A stretch of 64,000 bases of DNA from Candidatus Marinacidobacterales bacterium (GTDB taxonomy: Bacteria; Acidobacteriota; Vicinamibacteria; Marinacidobacterales; SMYC01), in NCBI GenBank assembly GCA_965224085.1, contig CBDCYI010000005.1, positions 256,001 through 320,000 on the forward strand. The letters run 5' to 3'. Made by a program: the position numbers and the translations under genes. Each line of letters opens with the position of its first letter. Positions within the stretch are counted from its first letter, which is position 1. Below are positions 27,138 to 37,345 of the stretch, piece by piece. The notes under the pieces were generated by a model, which saw nothing but the letters and a program-made list of their open reading frames with translations, had not been told where the DNA came from and ran no database searches.

Positions 27138-27193
27138 ACGCTAAATCGCTCGGACTGCCGAGTCCAATCGATTGCGCTTCTGGGCTCATAAGT
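27138..27193 (-). repeat. Conserved ~55-bp intergenic element, copy 3
   Basis: Minus strand reads acttatgagcccagaagcgcaatcgattggactcggcagtccgagcgatttagcgt. Confidence 0.75.
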
Positions 27194-27424
27194 CGAGCTG
27201 CCAGGATCCGCATATCGAGCGGGCCACGGTCTCGACGAGACTGGGCGGTTAACTGGTTCCGCTCTTGCAACTCAGAGTGAAGTTGCTCGATGGGCCTTGT
27301 CGCCTATCACCGTTTATGCAAGCATACGCATTGCGCCGTGATCCTGGCCGAGGCAAGCCTGAGTTGTCTCGGGAGGAGCGAGTCAGCATCGATCCAAGCA
27401 TGAAGAGCGTTAGCAGGAGTTGCC

Positions 27425-27575
27425 ATGCACAAAGTATCGTTTCGGCCGGTCGTCACTGAGGAGATGAAGGAGGCCGCGGGCCAGGTGTTAGAGAACGTTA
27501 TATCCGGACGGATCCGGATAGTGATTCCGAGGGCAAGCGGTTCGAGGAGGAGTTCGCCGCGTTTGTGCAAGGACC
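27425..27575 (+). pseudogene. N-terminal remnant of a DegT/DnrJ-family aminotransferase
   Basis: MHKVSFRPVVTEEMKEAAGQVLE, then a frameshift to SEGKRFEEEFAAFV; similar to the N-terminus of 56291-57412. Confidence 0.5.
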
Positions 27576-28092
27576 GGACGGGCGCTACCTTGCAAAACTG
27601 GGTACCATAGGCGACGACGCTCGAACCGAATCCTGGATCCGGCACCTGATCGAAATCGATTCGTTCTGGTAATCGTCCTCACTGGATGCTGGCGAGCCCT
27701 CTTCTCGGTCAGGGCAAGGTTCGAGAAGCCCAGCAACACGCTGAAATCGCCCACCACCTCGCGCCGTATGTGCAGCTTGTGGGCAGGCTCCGAGAAGCAA
27801 CGAAACGGTTGTTGGAAGCTGAAGGCAACTCCGAACGGTAGATCGTCGGTCGGGGGACCAAGTACGCTGCCTTGGCCTGTAAGGTGGGACAGAAAGTTGT
27901 TGCTGTGTTCTTACAATTTGGAACCGCCCCTGTCTAGTTCGGGTTCGCGTCGGTTTGCTATAAACAATGGAGGTTGCTATGGACTGGCATTCAATATGCG
28001 ATTTTCACGGTCTGCTCCGGGAGGTCGTCGCTCGAACCGGCATTTCCAGTAGTCCCTGCCGGAAGGGCTTCGCTGGAATCTCCGGTCGAGGG

Positions 28093-29191
28093 GTGCGGCG
28101 AAAGAGCCAGCGGTGGCTCGTCACCGCGGTCCTCGCCGGCGCCGCGTCGCTCATCCATGCGGGGATGCTCTCCGCCCAGGAGCCTACGGACTGGGGCGTC
28201 TCACTCCCCCGGGGCTAGACCCGGGAGATCGACTTCACCACGACCGAAGGGACGTGGATGTCGGTCGACGTTTGCCCCGACGGATCGTGGATCGTCTTCG
28301 ACCTCCTCGGCCATGTCTACCGCATGGACGCGGAGGGAGGGACCACCGAGCCACTCACCCAGAACAGCGGCGTCGCGCTGAACTACCACCCGCGAATCTC
28401 GCCCGACGGCCGGACGGTGGCCTTCATATCGGACCGGGGTGGCCAGGACAACCTGTGGATCATGAACGCCGACGGCTCCCAGCCGCGGGTCGTGTTCCAC
28501 GACCTGAACTCCCGAGCGTTGACACCGGCCTGGACGCCGGATGGCGAGTACATCGTCGTCCGACGCGACGGCATCGGGCGCCGCTCCAGTGGCGGCGCGT
28601 TCGCGCCCGAGATCTATCCGGAGGGACGCTGGCTCGCCTTCGGGCGCCACATACCCGACGGCACCGTGTCCTTCAAGGGTGGGATCTCGTCCGCGTCCCC
28701 GCAGACGGCGGCGACCCGACACCCGTCGCGCGGGTCGCGCTGCCGACGGGTAGCGGTCCCCAAAGGGTCCAGCGCCGGGCGATCCTCTCGCCGTCCTGGG
28801 GGCCCGAAGGTCGCGTCTTCTTCCCGGAAATCATCGACGGGGGCACCGCCGTCGTCTCGGTGCGGCCCGACGGCGAGGACCCGCGTGTTCACCTGATCCT
28901 TCCGTCCGCCGACGAGGTCGCGGCCTCGCCCGACGGCCGCTGGATCGCCTTCCAGGAAGCCAACGACGTGTACGTCGCGCCGCTGCCGCGGACGGGAGGA
29001 CGGGAGTCGGCGACGCGCCTTTCACACTCGACAGACGAAGCAGCGGCCTGCCCGTCCGCCAGCTCAGCCGCACCGGCGGCCTGTTCGTTCGCTGGCGTGA
29101 CGCGGACTCGCTGGAGTTCGGCAGCGGGAGCCGGTACTACCGTCACGACCTGACCACCGGGCAGAGCGAAACGTTCGACGTCCGCCTGGTC
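28093..29191 (+). pseudogene. Disrupted N-terminal PD40-repeat region of a PD40-amidohydrolase
   Basis: Signal peptide, in-frame TAG at 28216-28218, then TREIDFTTTEGTWMSVD.CPDG..IVFDLLG; further frameshifts and apparent deletions follow. Confidence 0.75.
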
Positions 29192-30469
29192 GTGCCTCGC
29201 CGCACCGTTGCGGGCACGATGGCTCTCACCAATGCGCGTATCGTCACCTTCGCCGGCCCGGGCAACGACGAGGTCATCGAGAGCGGCACGATCGTGGTGA
29301 ACGGACCGCGCATCGCCTGTGTCGGCACCTGCGACACCAGCAGCCCCGACCGGGTGATCGATGCCTCGGGCCGCACGATAATCCCCGGGTTCGTCGACAT
29401 GCACTCGCATCACCACCGCGAGCACCGCGGCTACCGGCCCCTGCGGGACTACGAGGTCGGCCTCTACCTCGCCTACGGGGTCACGACCAGCCTGGACAAT
29501 TCGATATGGGCGCAGAACATCTTCCCCACGGCCGAGTTGATCGAGACCGGTCGCATGATCGGTCCCCGCACGTTCAGCACCGGCGACCCGCTCCCGTTTG
29601 GCGAGCTGGCCAGTCGGGAGGTGACGGCCGAGCACATCGCCCGGCTCCAGTCCTGGGGCGCCGTCTCGCTGAAGCAGCACTCGCACCCCCGCCGCGACCG
29701 GCGGCAGTGGATTGCCGACGTCGCCCGGGAGAAGGGGATCATGCTGACGACCGAGGGCTACGACCTCGAATACAACCTCGGCCATGCGATGGACGGCTAC
29801 TCCGGATGGGAGCACCCCCTCAGCGTCATTCCCATCTACTCCGACGTCGCGAAGTTCTTCGCACAGGCGAAGACCGTCTATTCGAACCCCTTCATCTTCG
29901 ACAGCTCCACGGCGGCCAACGTCGAGTACTGGTACGCCGAATCCGACGTCTGGAAACAGGAGAAACAGCGCCGCTGGATGCCGTGGCGGATGACCACGTT
30001 CCTGCGCCGGCGCATGCTGCGGCCGGACACGGACTACAGCTTCCCACTGATCGCACAGGGGCTCGCCGATATCCTCGCCGAGGGCGGGCGCAGCGCTCTG
30101 GGTGGGCACGGCGAGCACCACGGCACCAGCATCCACTGGGAAATCTGGATGGCCGCGACCGCGCTGGGCCCGATGGGCGCGCTCCGGACCGCGACGCTTG
30201 GCAGCGCCTCCTTCCTGGGCGCGGACCGGGACCTGGGCTCCCTGGAGGCCGGCAAGCTCGCCGACCTGGTCGTACTCAATCAAAACCCGCTGGACAACAT
30301 CCGCAACACGATGGACATCCGGTACGTGATGAAAGGGGGAGTCCTCTACGACGACGATACGCTGGACGAGATCTGGCCCGAACAGCGCCCGTTCGGCCCC
30401 TACTCCTGGGTCGACGAAGACGCCCTTCGGAACGATGACCGGCCTGTCGACGCCTGGCGGCGACGCTGA
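29192..30469 (+). CDS. Amidohydrolase domain (intact C-terminal part of the disrupted PD40-amidohydrolase)
   Basis: IPGFVDMHSH, AYGVTT, GGHGEH.G...HWE, GSLEAGKLADLVVL..NPL.NIRN. Confidence 0.75.
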   Translation: MPRRTVAGTMALTNARIVTFAGPGNDEVIESGTIVVNGPRIACVGTCDTSSPDRVIDASGRTIIPGFVDMHSHHHREHRGYRPLRDYEVGLYLAYGVTTSLDNSIWAQNIFPTAELIETGRMIGPRTFSTGDPLPFGELASREVTAEHIARLQSWGAVSLKQHSHPRRDRRQWIADVAREKGIMLTTEGYDLEYNLGHAMDGYSGWEHPLSVIPIYSDVAKFFAQAKTVYSNPFIFDSSTAANVEYWYAESDVWKQEKQRRWMPWRMTTFLRRRMLRPDTDYSFPLIAQGLADILAEGGRSALGGHGEHHGTSIHWEIWMAATALGPMGALRTATLGSASFLGADRDLGSLEAGKLADLVVLNQNPLDNIRNTMDIRYVMKGGVLYDDDTLDEIWPEQRPFGPYSWVDEDALRNDDRPVDAWRRR

Positions 30470-30763
30470 GCCGATAACCGCGATGATATCTATCGCGCGA
30501 GGGGAATCGGAGAGATGTCTCGGGCCTTGGTGTCCGACAAATCGCGCCGGCCACCGGAGAACTCGCTCGTAAGAGCGGGCGTTGCGATGGAATTGAGGTG
30601 CGTCCAGGGCCACCGCGGCGGTCTGGACCGCGGGCCCGAATCGCTGGTATGGTACGCTGAACTGTATCTGGGATGATGCCCGGCAGAGGGGCCCGTTCTG
30701 AACTGATACAGAGCTCCTCTGCACTAAAAAACCATGATATGGTCGTGACGTGAGGCAAGACCG

Positions 30764-33241
30764 ATGAGAATCACGGTTGCGATGCTTGGCACCGCAATTG
30801 TTTTTCTGAGTCTGGCTGCGGAAACCGAGCCCGCCGTCCACGGCGCCCCCCGACCCTTCCCGCAAGCGGTCGCCAGCAACCACGGCGGCAGCACGTCGAT
30901 GCCCGAAAAGGTTGACGCGGCCCAGGCAGTGATCGAAGACGTCTGCCAGCAGTGTCACAACGACGTGACACTTCTGGGAAGCATGTCCCTGGATTCGTTT
31001 GAGGTGGCTACGGCTGAAGAGAAAGCGAAGCTCGCGGAGAAGATGATCCGCAAACTGCGGGCGGGCATGATGCCTCCCGCCGGTGTGCCTCGGCCGAGTG
31101 AAGAAAGCCTCGCAGCGCTTGCCACCGAGCTCGAAACCCGCCTCGACGAAACGGCGGCTACGAGTCCGAATCCCGGTCGACGGACCTTCCAGCGCCTCAA
31201 TCGAGCCGAATATGAGGGCTCCGTCCGTGACCTCCTGGCGCTAGACATCGACGCGGGAGATTACCTTCCGCTCGACACGAAGAGCGCCAATTTCGACAAC
31301 ATCGCGGACGTCCAAATGCTGTCTGCGACGTTGTTAGAAGCGTATCTCCGCGCGGCGAGCGAGGTGAGCCGCCTGGCCGTTGGCGACCCCAAGGCCGGCT
31401 CCCGGGAAGCCACCTACAAGGTCACGCGTTGGGTCTCGCAAACCGAGCACGTGGAAGGTGCACCCTACGGAACGCGTGGGGGGACCTCCGTGGTCCACAA
31501 TTTCCCCGCCGATGGCGAGTACCTCTTCAGGGTGTCCTTCCACCACGAGATCACCGGAGTACTCTACGGTAGCGGTCGATCGGCCCTTCACACGAGAGAT
31601 GATCCGGAGCAGATCGAGCTCTCGGTCAACGGCGAGCTGGTTGCGCTGCTGGACATCGATCGATGGATGCACGAGTCGGACCCGAACGGCGTGAACATTC
31701 GGACCGAGCCCATCTTCATCCGGGCAGGTCCGCAGCGGGTCTCCGCCGCGTTCATCAGGAAGACCGATGGACCCGTCCAGGACCTCATTTCCCCGCACGA
31801 TTGGTCCCTTGCCGACACGAGCACGGCCGAATCCTTCGGGCTCACGAGCTTGCCCCACTTGCGGGATCTCGCTATCACTGGGCCGTACAACCCCAGCGGG
31901 GTTTCGGAGACGCCCAGCCGGCAGAAGATCTTCACGTGTCGCCCGGCTTCGCCTAGTGAAGTGTTGCCTTGCGCTCGGAAGATCGTCTCGCGACTGGGCT
32001 CCCAGGCATACCGAGGGCCTCTTGCTTCCAGTGAACTCGAGGCGCTGATGAAGCTGTTCGAGGTGGGCGAGAAGGAAGGTGGCTTCGAGTCCGGAATCAG
32101 GACGGCGCTCCAGGGGATTCTGGCGAGCCCCCTTTTCACGTTCCGTTTCGAGAAGCCGCCCGCGAGCGCCGACCCCGGCCAGCCCTACCGAATCGGCGAC
32201 GTGGACCTGGCTTCACGCCTGTCGTTCTTCCTGTGGGGCACCGGCCCGGACGATGAGCTGACGAACGTCGCCCGCCAGGGTCGTCTCTCGGGTCCAAAAG
32301 TGCTCGAAGGGCAGGCTCGTAGAATGCTGGCCGACTCCCGCTCGAAGGCGCTGGCCACCCGCTTCGCCGCCCAATGGCTACGATTGCAGGATCTGGAAAC
32401 GTTGCATCCGAACGTGCGGACGTATCCCGACTTCGATGATCAGCTCAAGCAGTCGATGCGGCGCGAAACGGAGCTTTTCTTCGGGAACCTTGTCCGGGAG
32501 GACCGGAGCGTGCTCGAGCTGCTGACCGCGGACTACACGTTCCTCGATGAACGCCTTGCCAAGCACTACGGCATTCGGAACGTCACCGGCACAGACTTCC
32601 GGCGTGTCCCGTACCCCGATCCCGAGCGGAGAGGACTGCTGGGCCACGGCAGCATCTTGACGCTGACCTCCCACGCCAGCCGGACATCTCCCGTGCTCCG
32701 GGGCAAGTGGATTATGGAGGTCTTCCTCGGAAGCCCGCCGCCGCCTCCGCCTCCGAATGTGCCGGAGTTGGAGGAGGCCGGAGAGTCGGAGGGTGGCAGA
32801 CTGCTTTCGGTCCGCGAACAAATGGAGAAGCATCGTTCGAGTCCCGCGTGCAATTCTTGTCATCGCATGATCGATCCGCTCGGCCTCGCCCTCGAGAACT
32901 TCGATGCCACCGGGGCTTGGAGGATCAACGACAAAGGGGTTCCGATCGATGCGTCAGGCGAGCTCTACGACGGGACGCCGCTCCAAAGTCCGGGTGACCT
33001 GCGGCAAGCACTTCAGAACCGTTCGACTTCGTTGATCCGAACGTTCACCGAAAACCTCATGGCCTACGCCCTGGGCCGACGCGTGGAGTACTACGATATG
33101 CCGGCGATCCGTGCGATCGAGCGGGCGGCGGCGGCCAACGACAATCGCATGTCCTCTTTCATTCTCGGCATTGCGAGGAGCCCGGCATTCCGGATGAAGG
33201 CGGCAGTCGCGCAAGACACTGAAGCAAGTGGGAGCCAGTAA
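30764..33241 (+). CDS. DUF1592 domain-containing c-type cytochrome (DUF1587/1595/1592/1588/1585 architecture)
   Basis: CQQCH and CNSCH heme motifs; RLNRAEY, LASRLSFFLW, RTSPVLRGKW, LENFDA.G. Confidence 0.9.
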   Translation: MRITVAMLGTAIVFLSLAAETEPAVHGAPRPFPQAVASNHGGSTSMPEKVDAAQAVIEDVCQQCHNDVTLLGSMSLDSFEVATAEEKAKLAEKMIRKLRAGMMPPAGVPRPSEESLAALATELETRLDETAATSPNPGRRTFQRLNRAEYEGSVRDLLALDIDAGDYLPLDTKSANFDNIADVQMLSATLLEAYLRAASEVSRLAVGDPKAGSREATYKVTRWVSQTEHVEGAPYGTRGGTSVVHNFPADGEYLFRVSFHHEITGVLYGSGRSALHTRDDPEQIELSVNGELVALLDIDRWMHESDPNGVNIRTEPIFIRAGPQRVSAAFIRKTDGPVQDLISPHDWSLADTSTAESFGLTSLPHLRDLAITGPYNPSGVSETPSRQKIFTCRPASPSEVLPCARKIVSRLGSQAYRGPLASSELEALMKLFEVGEKEGGFESGIRTALQGILASPLFTFRFEKPPASADPGQPYRIGDVDLASRLSFFLWGTGPDDELTNVARQGRLSGPKVLEGQARRMLADSRSKALATRFAAQWLRLQDLETLHPNVRTYPDFDDQLKQSMRRETELFFGNLVREDRSVLELLTADYTFLDERLAKHYGIRNVTGTDFRRVPYPDPERRGLLGHGSILTLTSHASRTSPVLRGKWIMEVFLGSPPPPPPPNVPELEEAGESEGGRLLSVREQMEKHRSSPACNSCHRMIDPLGLALENFDATGAWRINDKGVPIDASGELYDGTPLQSPGDLRQALQNRSTSLIRTFTENLMAYALGRRVEYYDMPAIRAIERAAAANDNRMSSFILGIARSPAFRMKAAVAQDTEASGSQ

Positions 33242-33265
33242 TCCCTAATCGAGGAGGCCAGTCCC

Positions 33266-34660
33266 ATGGGTTTAATAACCGGAAAACACATTCCACGTCG
33301 TACTTTTCTCCGCGGCCTGGGCGCCACGGTGGCGTTGCCGTTGCTGGACGCGATGGTGCCCGCCCGGAAAGCGTGGGCCGCGACGGCGTCCGAAGCATCG
33401 CTGGATCGAACCCGCCTGGTCGCAATCGAGATGGTCCACGGCGCTGCCGGCAGCTCAAAGTGGGGAGCAACCCAAAACTTCTGGTCACCAGCTGACGTCG
33501 GCCGGGACTGCGACCTCAGCCCCACCGCCTTGAGCTCCCTGGAGTCGTTCCAGGACTACCTGACCATCATCAGCGATACGGACGTGCGGAACGCCGAGGC
33601 CTTCATGCCCAAGGAGATCGGCGGCGATCACTTCCGCTCGAGCGCGGCGTTCCTGACCCAGGCCCATCCCAAGCAAACCGAGAGCTCCGACGTTTTCGTT
33701 GGAACGTCGATGGACCAGCTCTATGCGCAGCGATTCGGCCAGGACACGCCGATTCCTTCGATGCAGCTCTGCATCGAGAACGTGGATCAGGCGGGCGGAT
33801 GCGCTTACGGCTACTCTTGCGTGTACACGGACACCCTTAGCTGGGCCTCACCCACCGAGCCGCTTCCCATGATTCGGGATCCCCGAGTTGTTTTCGACAT
33901 GCTGTTCGGTGCCGGTGGCACGCCCGAAGAGCGGGCAGCCCGCAGGCAGGCCAACAAGAGCATTCTCGACTTCGTCACCGGGCAAGTGTCTCGGCTGAAG
34001 CGGGAGTTGGACCCGCCCGACCGTCGGCGAATGGACCACTACCTCTCGGACATCCGCGAGATCGAGCGGCGAATCCAGAAGGTCGTAGCGCGTAATAGCA
34101 GCGGAGAGATGAGGGAGCTACCCGAGGCGCCCGCCGGGGTGCCCGATTCCTTCGATGAGCACGTCAGGCTGATGTTCGACCTACAGACGCTGGCCTTCGA
34201 GGCGGACATGACCCGCGTGTTCTCGTTCAAGATGGGCCGGGATACCTCCCACCGCGTCTACCCGGAAAGCGGAATCGACAAGGCATTCCATCCCACTTCC
34301 CACCATCGCGACAAGGAGAAGAACATCGAGGAGTTCTTCCAGATCAATCGATACCACGTGGGTCAGGTCCCGTACTTCCTGGAGAAGCTTTCGAGCATCC
34401 GGGAGGCCGATGCCAGCCTACTGGACAAGACGATGGTCATCTACGGATCGCCGATGGGCGATCCCAACGTCCACAATCACAAGCGATGCCCACTCATCGT
34501 GGTCGGAGGCGCCAACGGCAAGCTCGACGGCGGCCTCCATCTGAGGGCGGCGCCCGGAACACCTATGGCGAACGTGATGTTGACCCTGATGCACAAGCTA
34601 GGCTTCGACGACATGGAGAGCTTCGGCGACAGCACCGGCCCATTCTCGCTCTCCGTCTAA
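33266..34660 (+). CDS. DUF1552 (HxxSHH) domain protein, Tat-exported
   Basis: RRTFLRG.GA..ALPLLDAM, TSMDQ, CAYGYSCVY, HPTSHH, H.H...P, GDSTG. Confidence 0.9.
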   Translation: MGLITGKHIPRRTFLRGLGATVALPLLDAMVPARKAWAATASEASLDRTRLVAIEMVHGAAGSSKWGATQNFWSPADVGRDCDLSPTALSSLESFQDYLTIISDTDVRNAEAFMPKEIGGDHFRSSAAFLTQAHPKQTESSDVFVGTSMDQLYAQRFGQDTPIPSMQLCIENVDQAGGCAYGYSCVYTDTLSWASPTEPLPMIRDPRVVFDMLFGAGGTPEERAARRQANKSILDFVTGQVSRLKRELDPPDRRRMDHYLSDIREIERRIQKVVARNSSGEMRELPEAPAGVPDSFDEHVRLMFDLQTLAFEADMTRVFSFKMGRDTSHRVYPESGIDKAFHPTSHHRDKEKNIEEFFQINRYHVGQVPYFLEKLSSIREADASLLDKTMVIYGSPMGDPNVHNHKRCPLIVVGGANGKLDGGLHLRAAPGTPMANVMLTLMHKLGFDDMESFGDSTGPFSLSV

Positions 34661-34703
34661 GACGACTGAGGGAGGTCGGAGGTCATCCGCGAAGGAGGAG
34701 CGA

Positions 34704-36539
34704 ATGCACAGGTCGAAGGCAGGATTGCGAGAGACCCTACGGGTAAACTTGTTGGGTCCGCTGTGCCTGACGGCACTCTTCTGGACCACGACCGCAGAGC
34801 TTGTTGGCGCGCCCGAATCCATCGCCACTTCAGATATCACGGTCGCCGGCGCGGCCATGGGAGACGACATTGAGAAGGTACGTTCCTTGCTCGGACAGGG
34901 CGCCGATGTGAACGCGGCCCGCGGGGATGGCATGACCGGCCTTCACTGGGCGGCGAGCAACGGCAACCCGCAGATGGCGGAGGTCCTGATACGCGTGGGG
35001 GCCAACCTGGAGGCGGTGACCCGGGTCGGCAAGCACACGCCGCTTCACGCGGCAAGCACGGCCGGGAGAGCCTCGGTGGTCAAGACCCTGCTCGAGGCCG
35101 GAAGCAACGCGAACGCCACTACCACGACCGGGGCGAGTCCGATTCACTTCGCGGCCGCCGCGGGTAGCGCCAAGGCCGTCGTGGTCTTACTGGAACACGG
35201 CGCGGACTCCAATGCGAAAGAGCCTCATTGGGGACAGACGCCGCTGATGTTCGCCGCCGCGGCGGGTCGGACGGAGGTGATCAACGCGCTGCTCGAGCTC
35301 GGGGCGGATCCGGCGATCACCGCCAAGGTGGTGGACGTTGTCGTGCGGGACAAAGAGGAAAAGGCCGAGCTCCGCCGTCGACTCGAGTACATCGCGGAGC
35401 TCCGGGCAGCGGCGAAAAAAGTCGAACCGTCGCCTTCGGAGAAAGACCAACTGGGCGAGAGCCCACAGAATGAAGGCCAAAAGGCTAAGAAGCAGGCTCC
35501 TGAGGGGCAGCCGGAAGATAGGGACGTGGTGGCGTTGCGGCGACTAGCCGAGTCCCGCAACTACGTAGACCTCATCGGTAGCCAGGGCGGTCTGACGCCT
35601 TTGCTCCTTGCAGCTCGAGAGGGCCACACGGATGCGGCGCTTTACCTCATCAAAGGCGGCGCCGACATCAACCAGGGGAGTGCGGCGGACCACACCACCC
35701 CCATGCTAATCGCCATGATCAACGGCAACTTCGACCTGGCCATGCTGCTCTTCGAGCGTGGAGCAGATCCCAACATGACGAGCGACGCCGGGGCCACCCC
35801 GCTCTACGCCGCCCTGAACATGCATTGGGCACCCAAGTCGCGCCATCCCCAGCGCGTGGACTACCAGCAGCAGGAAACCTCGTACTTGGAAGTGATGGAG
35901 ACGCTGCTGAAGGCTGGAGTGGACCCGAACGTTCGGCTGAAGAAGACCTTGTGGTACACGACGTTCAACGACGACAACCTGGGTGTAGACCGAACTGGCG
36001 CGACACCGTTCTGGCGCGCTGCCCACGCACTCGACATCGAAGCCATGCGCCTGCTCCTCGCCTACGGGGCGGTTCCGAACGTCTCCACCATCAAGGTGCC
36101 AGGACGGCGCCGGAGGAACGGTGATGAGACCGATCACTCCGGGTTGCCACCGGTTCCCGTCGGCGGACCGGCCGTGTACCCCATCCACGCCGCCTCGGGA
36201 GTAGGCCACGGTCAGGGCTACGCCGCGAACGACCACCGCCATGTGCCGGACGGCTGGCTTCCGTCGGTGCGGTTCCTGGTCGAAGAGCTCGGCGCCGACG
36301 TCAACGCCAGGGATCACAACGGCTACACGCCTGTCCACCATGCCGCGGCCAGGGGAGACAACGAGCTCATCCATTACCTCGTGTCGAAGGGCGCGGATGT
36401 GACCGCGGTGAGCCGTAGAGGACAAACGACGGTCGACATGGCCAATGGCCCGGTTCAGCGCGTGCAGCCGTTCCCGAAGACGGTGGCACTCCTTATGAGC
36501 CTGGGCGCGAAGAACAACAACAAGTGCGTGAGCTGCTAG
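34704..36539 (+). CDS. Exported ankyrin repeat protein with C-terminal CxxC
   Basis: Multiple G.TPLH.AA / GADVN repeats; ends in KCVSC. Confidence 0.9.
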   Translation: MHRSKAGLRETLRVNLLGPLCLTALFWTTTAELVGAPESIATSDITVAGAAMGDDIEKVRSLLGQGADVNAARGDGMTGLHWAASNGNPQMAEVLIRVGANLEAVTRVGKHTPLHAASTAGRASVVKTLLEAGSNANATTTTGASPIHFAAAAGSAKAVVVLLEHGADSNAKEPHWGQTPLMFAAAAGRTEVINALLELGADPAITAKVVDVVVRDKEEKAELRRRLEYIAELRAAAKKVEPSPSEKDQLGESPQNEGQKAKKQAPEGQPEDRDVVALRRLAESRNYVDLIGSQGGLTPLLLAAREGHTDAALYLIKGGADINQGSAADHTTPMLIAMINGNFDLAMLLFERGADPNMTSDAGATPLYAALNMHWAPKSRHPQRVDYQQQETSYLEVMETLLKAGVDPNVRLKKTLWYTTFNDDNLGVDRTGATPFWRAAHALDIEAMRLLLAYGAVPNVSTIKVPGRRRRNGDETDHSGLPPVPVGGPAVYPIHAASGVGHGQGYAANDHRHVPDGWLPSVRFLVEELGADVNARDHNGYTPVHHAAARGDNELIHYLVSKGADVTAVSRRGQTTVDMANGPVQRVQPFPKTVALLMSLGAKNNNKCVSC

Positions 36540-36679
36540 ACTTAGCCTAATACCCCCGATTCCGGTCGATTAAGGCCCGGGACAAGCCCGGCGCGGAGGG
36601 GAGGCATCATTGTCACCTTTCGGTCCCTGCCCGGCCACGGCGGCAGCGGGACCGCCCGGGGAACATCATTCCAGATAAG

Positions 36680-37345
36680 CTAAAAATCCACCTCGAAGAT
36701 GACTCCGAATTTCTTGTCGTAGTCTACGACCTCGCTCGGGTTCGGCGACACGTTGAGCATGAGAAAGCTTGCACCACCTGGAGCAAGGATGTAGCGATTG
36801 AGAGAGTGCCACGTGCCTACTTTGTAGGCCCAGCCCTTGGTTCCATCAATCAGGAACGCATGCACGTCCTCTGGCCGGGGGACATCCTCCGGATCATTGG
36901 GGTCGGTAGGAGCTGATACCGCCACCACGGAAAGGGGTCCCTGAAGCGGTACGAAGCTTTGCGTCACATTGAAATGACGCTCCAGTTGCGTGAATCGCAA
37001 GCCCAGGCTCGGCTGCCAGATAACGCGGAGCACCGGCTTCCCGTCAACAATGGTTTCTATAGGGAAAAACAGGCGCTTGTCAGCCGGCCGCTCCTTTGCC
37101 TCGATGACTTCGCCAAATGGCCGGAACGACTCTGCAGTCATCAATTCGATTTTTAGCTTGTGTACCTTGAGATTTGGATTCGCCGGATCCTGCGACAGGG
37201 CCGGATCCTCGGACAGCGCCTCCTCTCTAGGCTGAGATGCGTCTGCCACTGTCGCCCGCATAACGCCTCCCATTCCCTTCTCGCTGTAGGCGACAACACC
37301 GCTCAGCAGCACGAGACAACCTATAACCGAAAAACGTCTCACCAT
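36680..37345 (-). CDS. Ureidoglycolate lyase (AllA-like) family protein with predicted signal peptide
   Basis: T.ESFRPFGEVI, LERHFNVTQSFVPL, HAFLIDG..G..YKVGTWH; start taken at MVRRFS with a GAGGAGG RBS. Confidence 0.75.
   Translation of the reverse strand: MVRRFSVIGCLVLLSGVVAYSEKGMGGVMRATVADASQPREEALSEDPALSQDPANPNLKVHKLKIELMTAESFRPFGEVIEAKERPADKRLFFPIETIVDGKPVLRVIWQPSLGLRFTQLERHFNVTQSFVPLQGPLSVVAVSAPTDPNDPEDVPRPEDVHAFLIDGTKGWAYKVGTWHSLNRYILAPGGASFLMLNVSPNPSEVVDYDKKFGVIFEVDF

Noticed and set aside
28216-28218. In-frame TAG as possible recoding/pyrrolysine
   Set aside because: The same gene has further frameshifts and deletions, and other genes use TAG as a normal stop.
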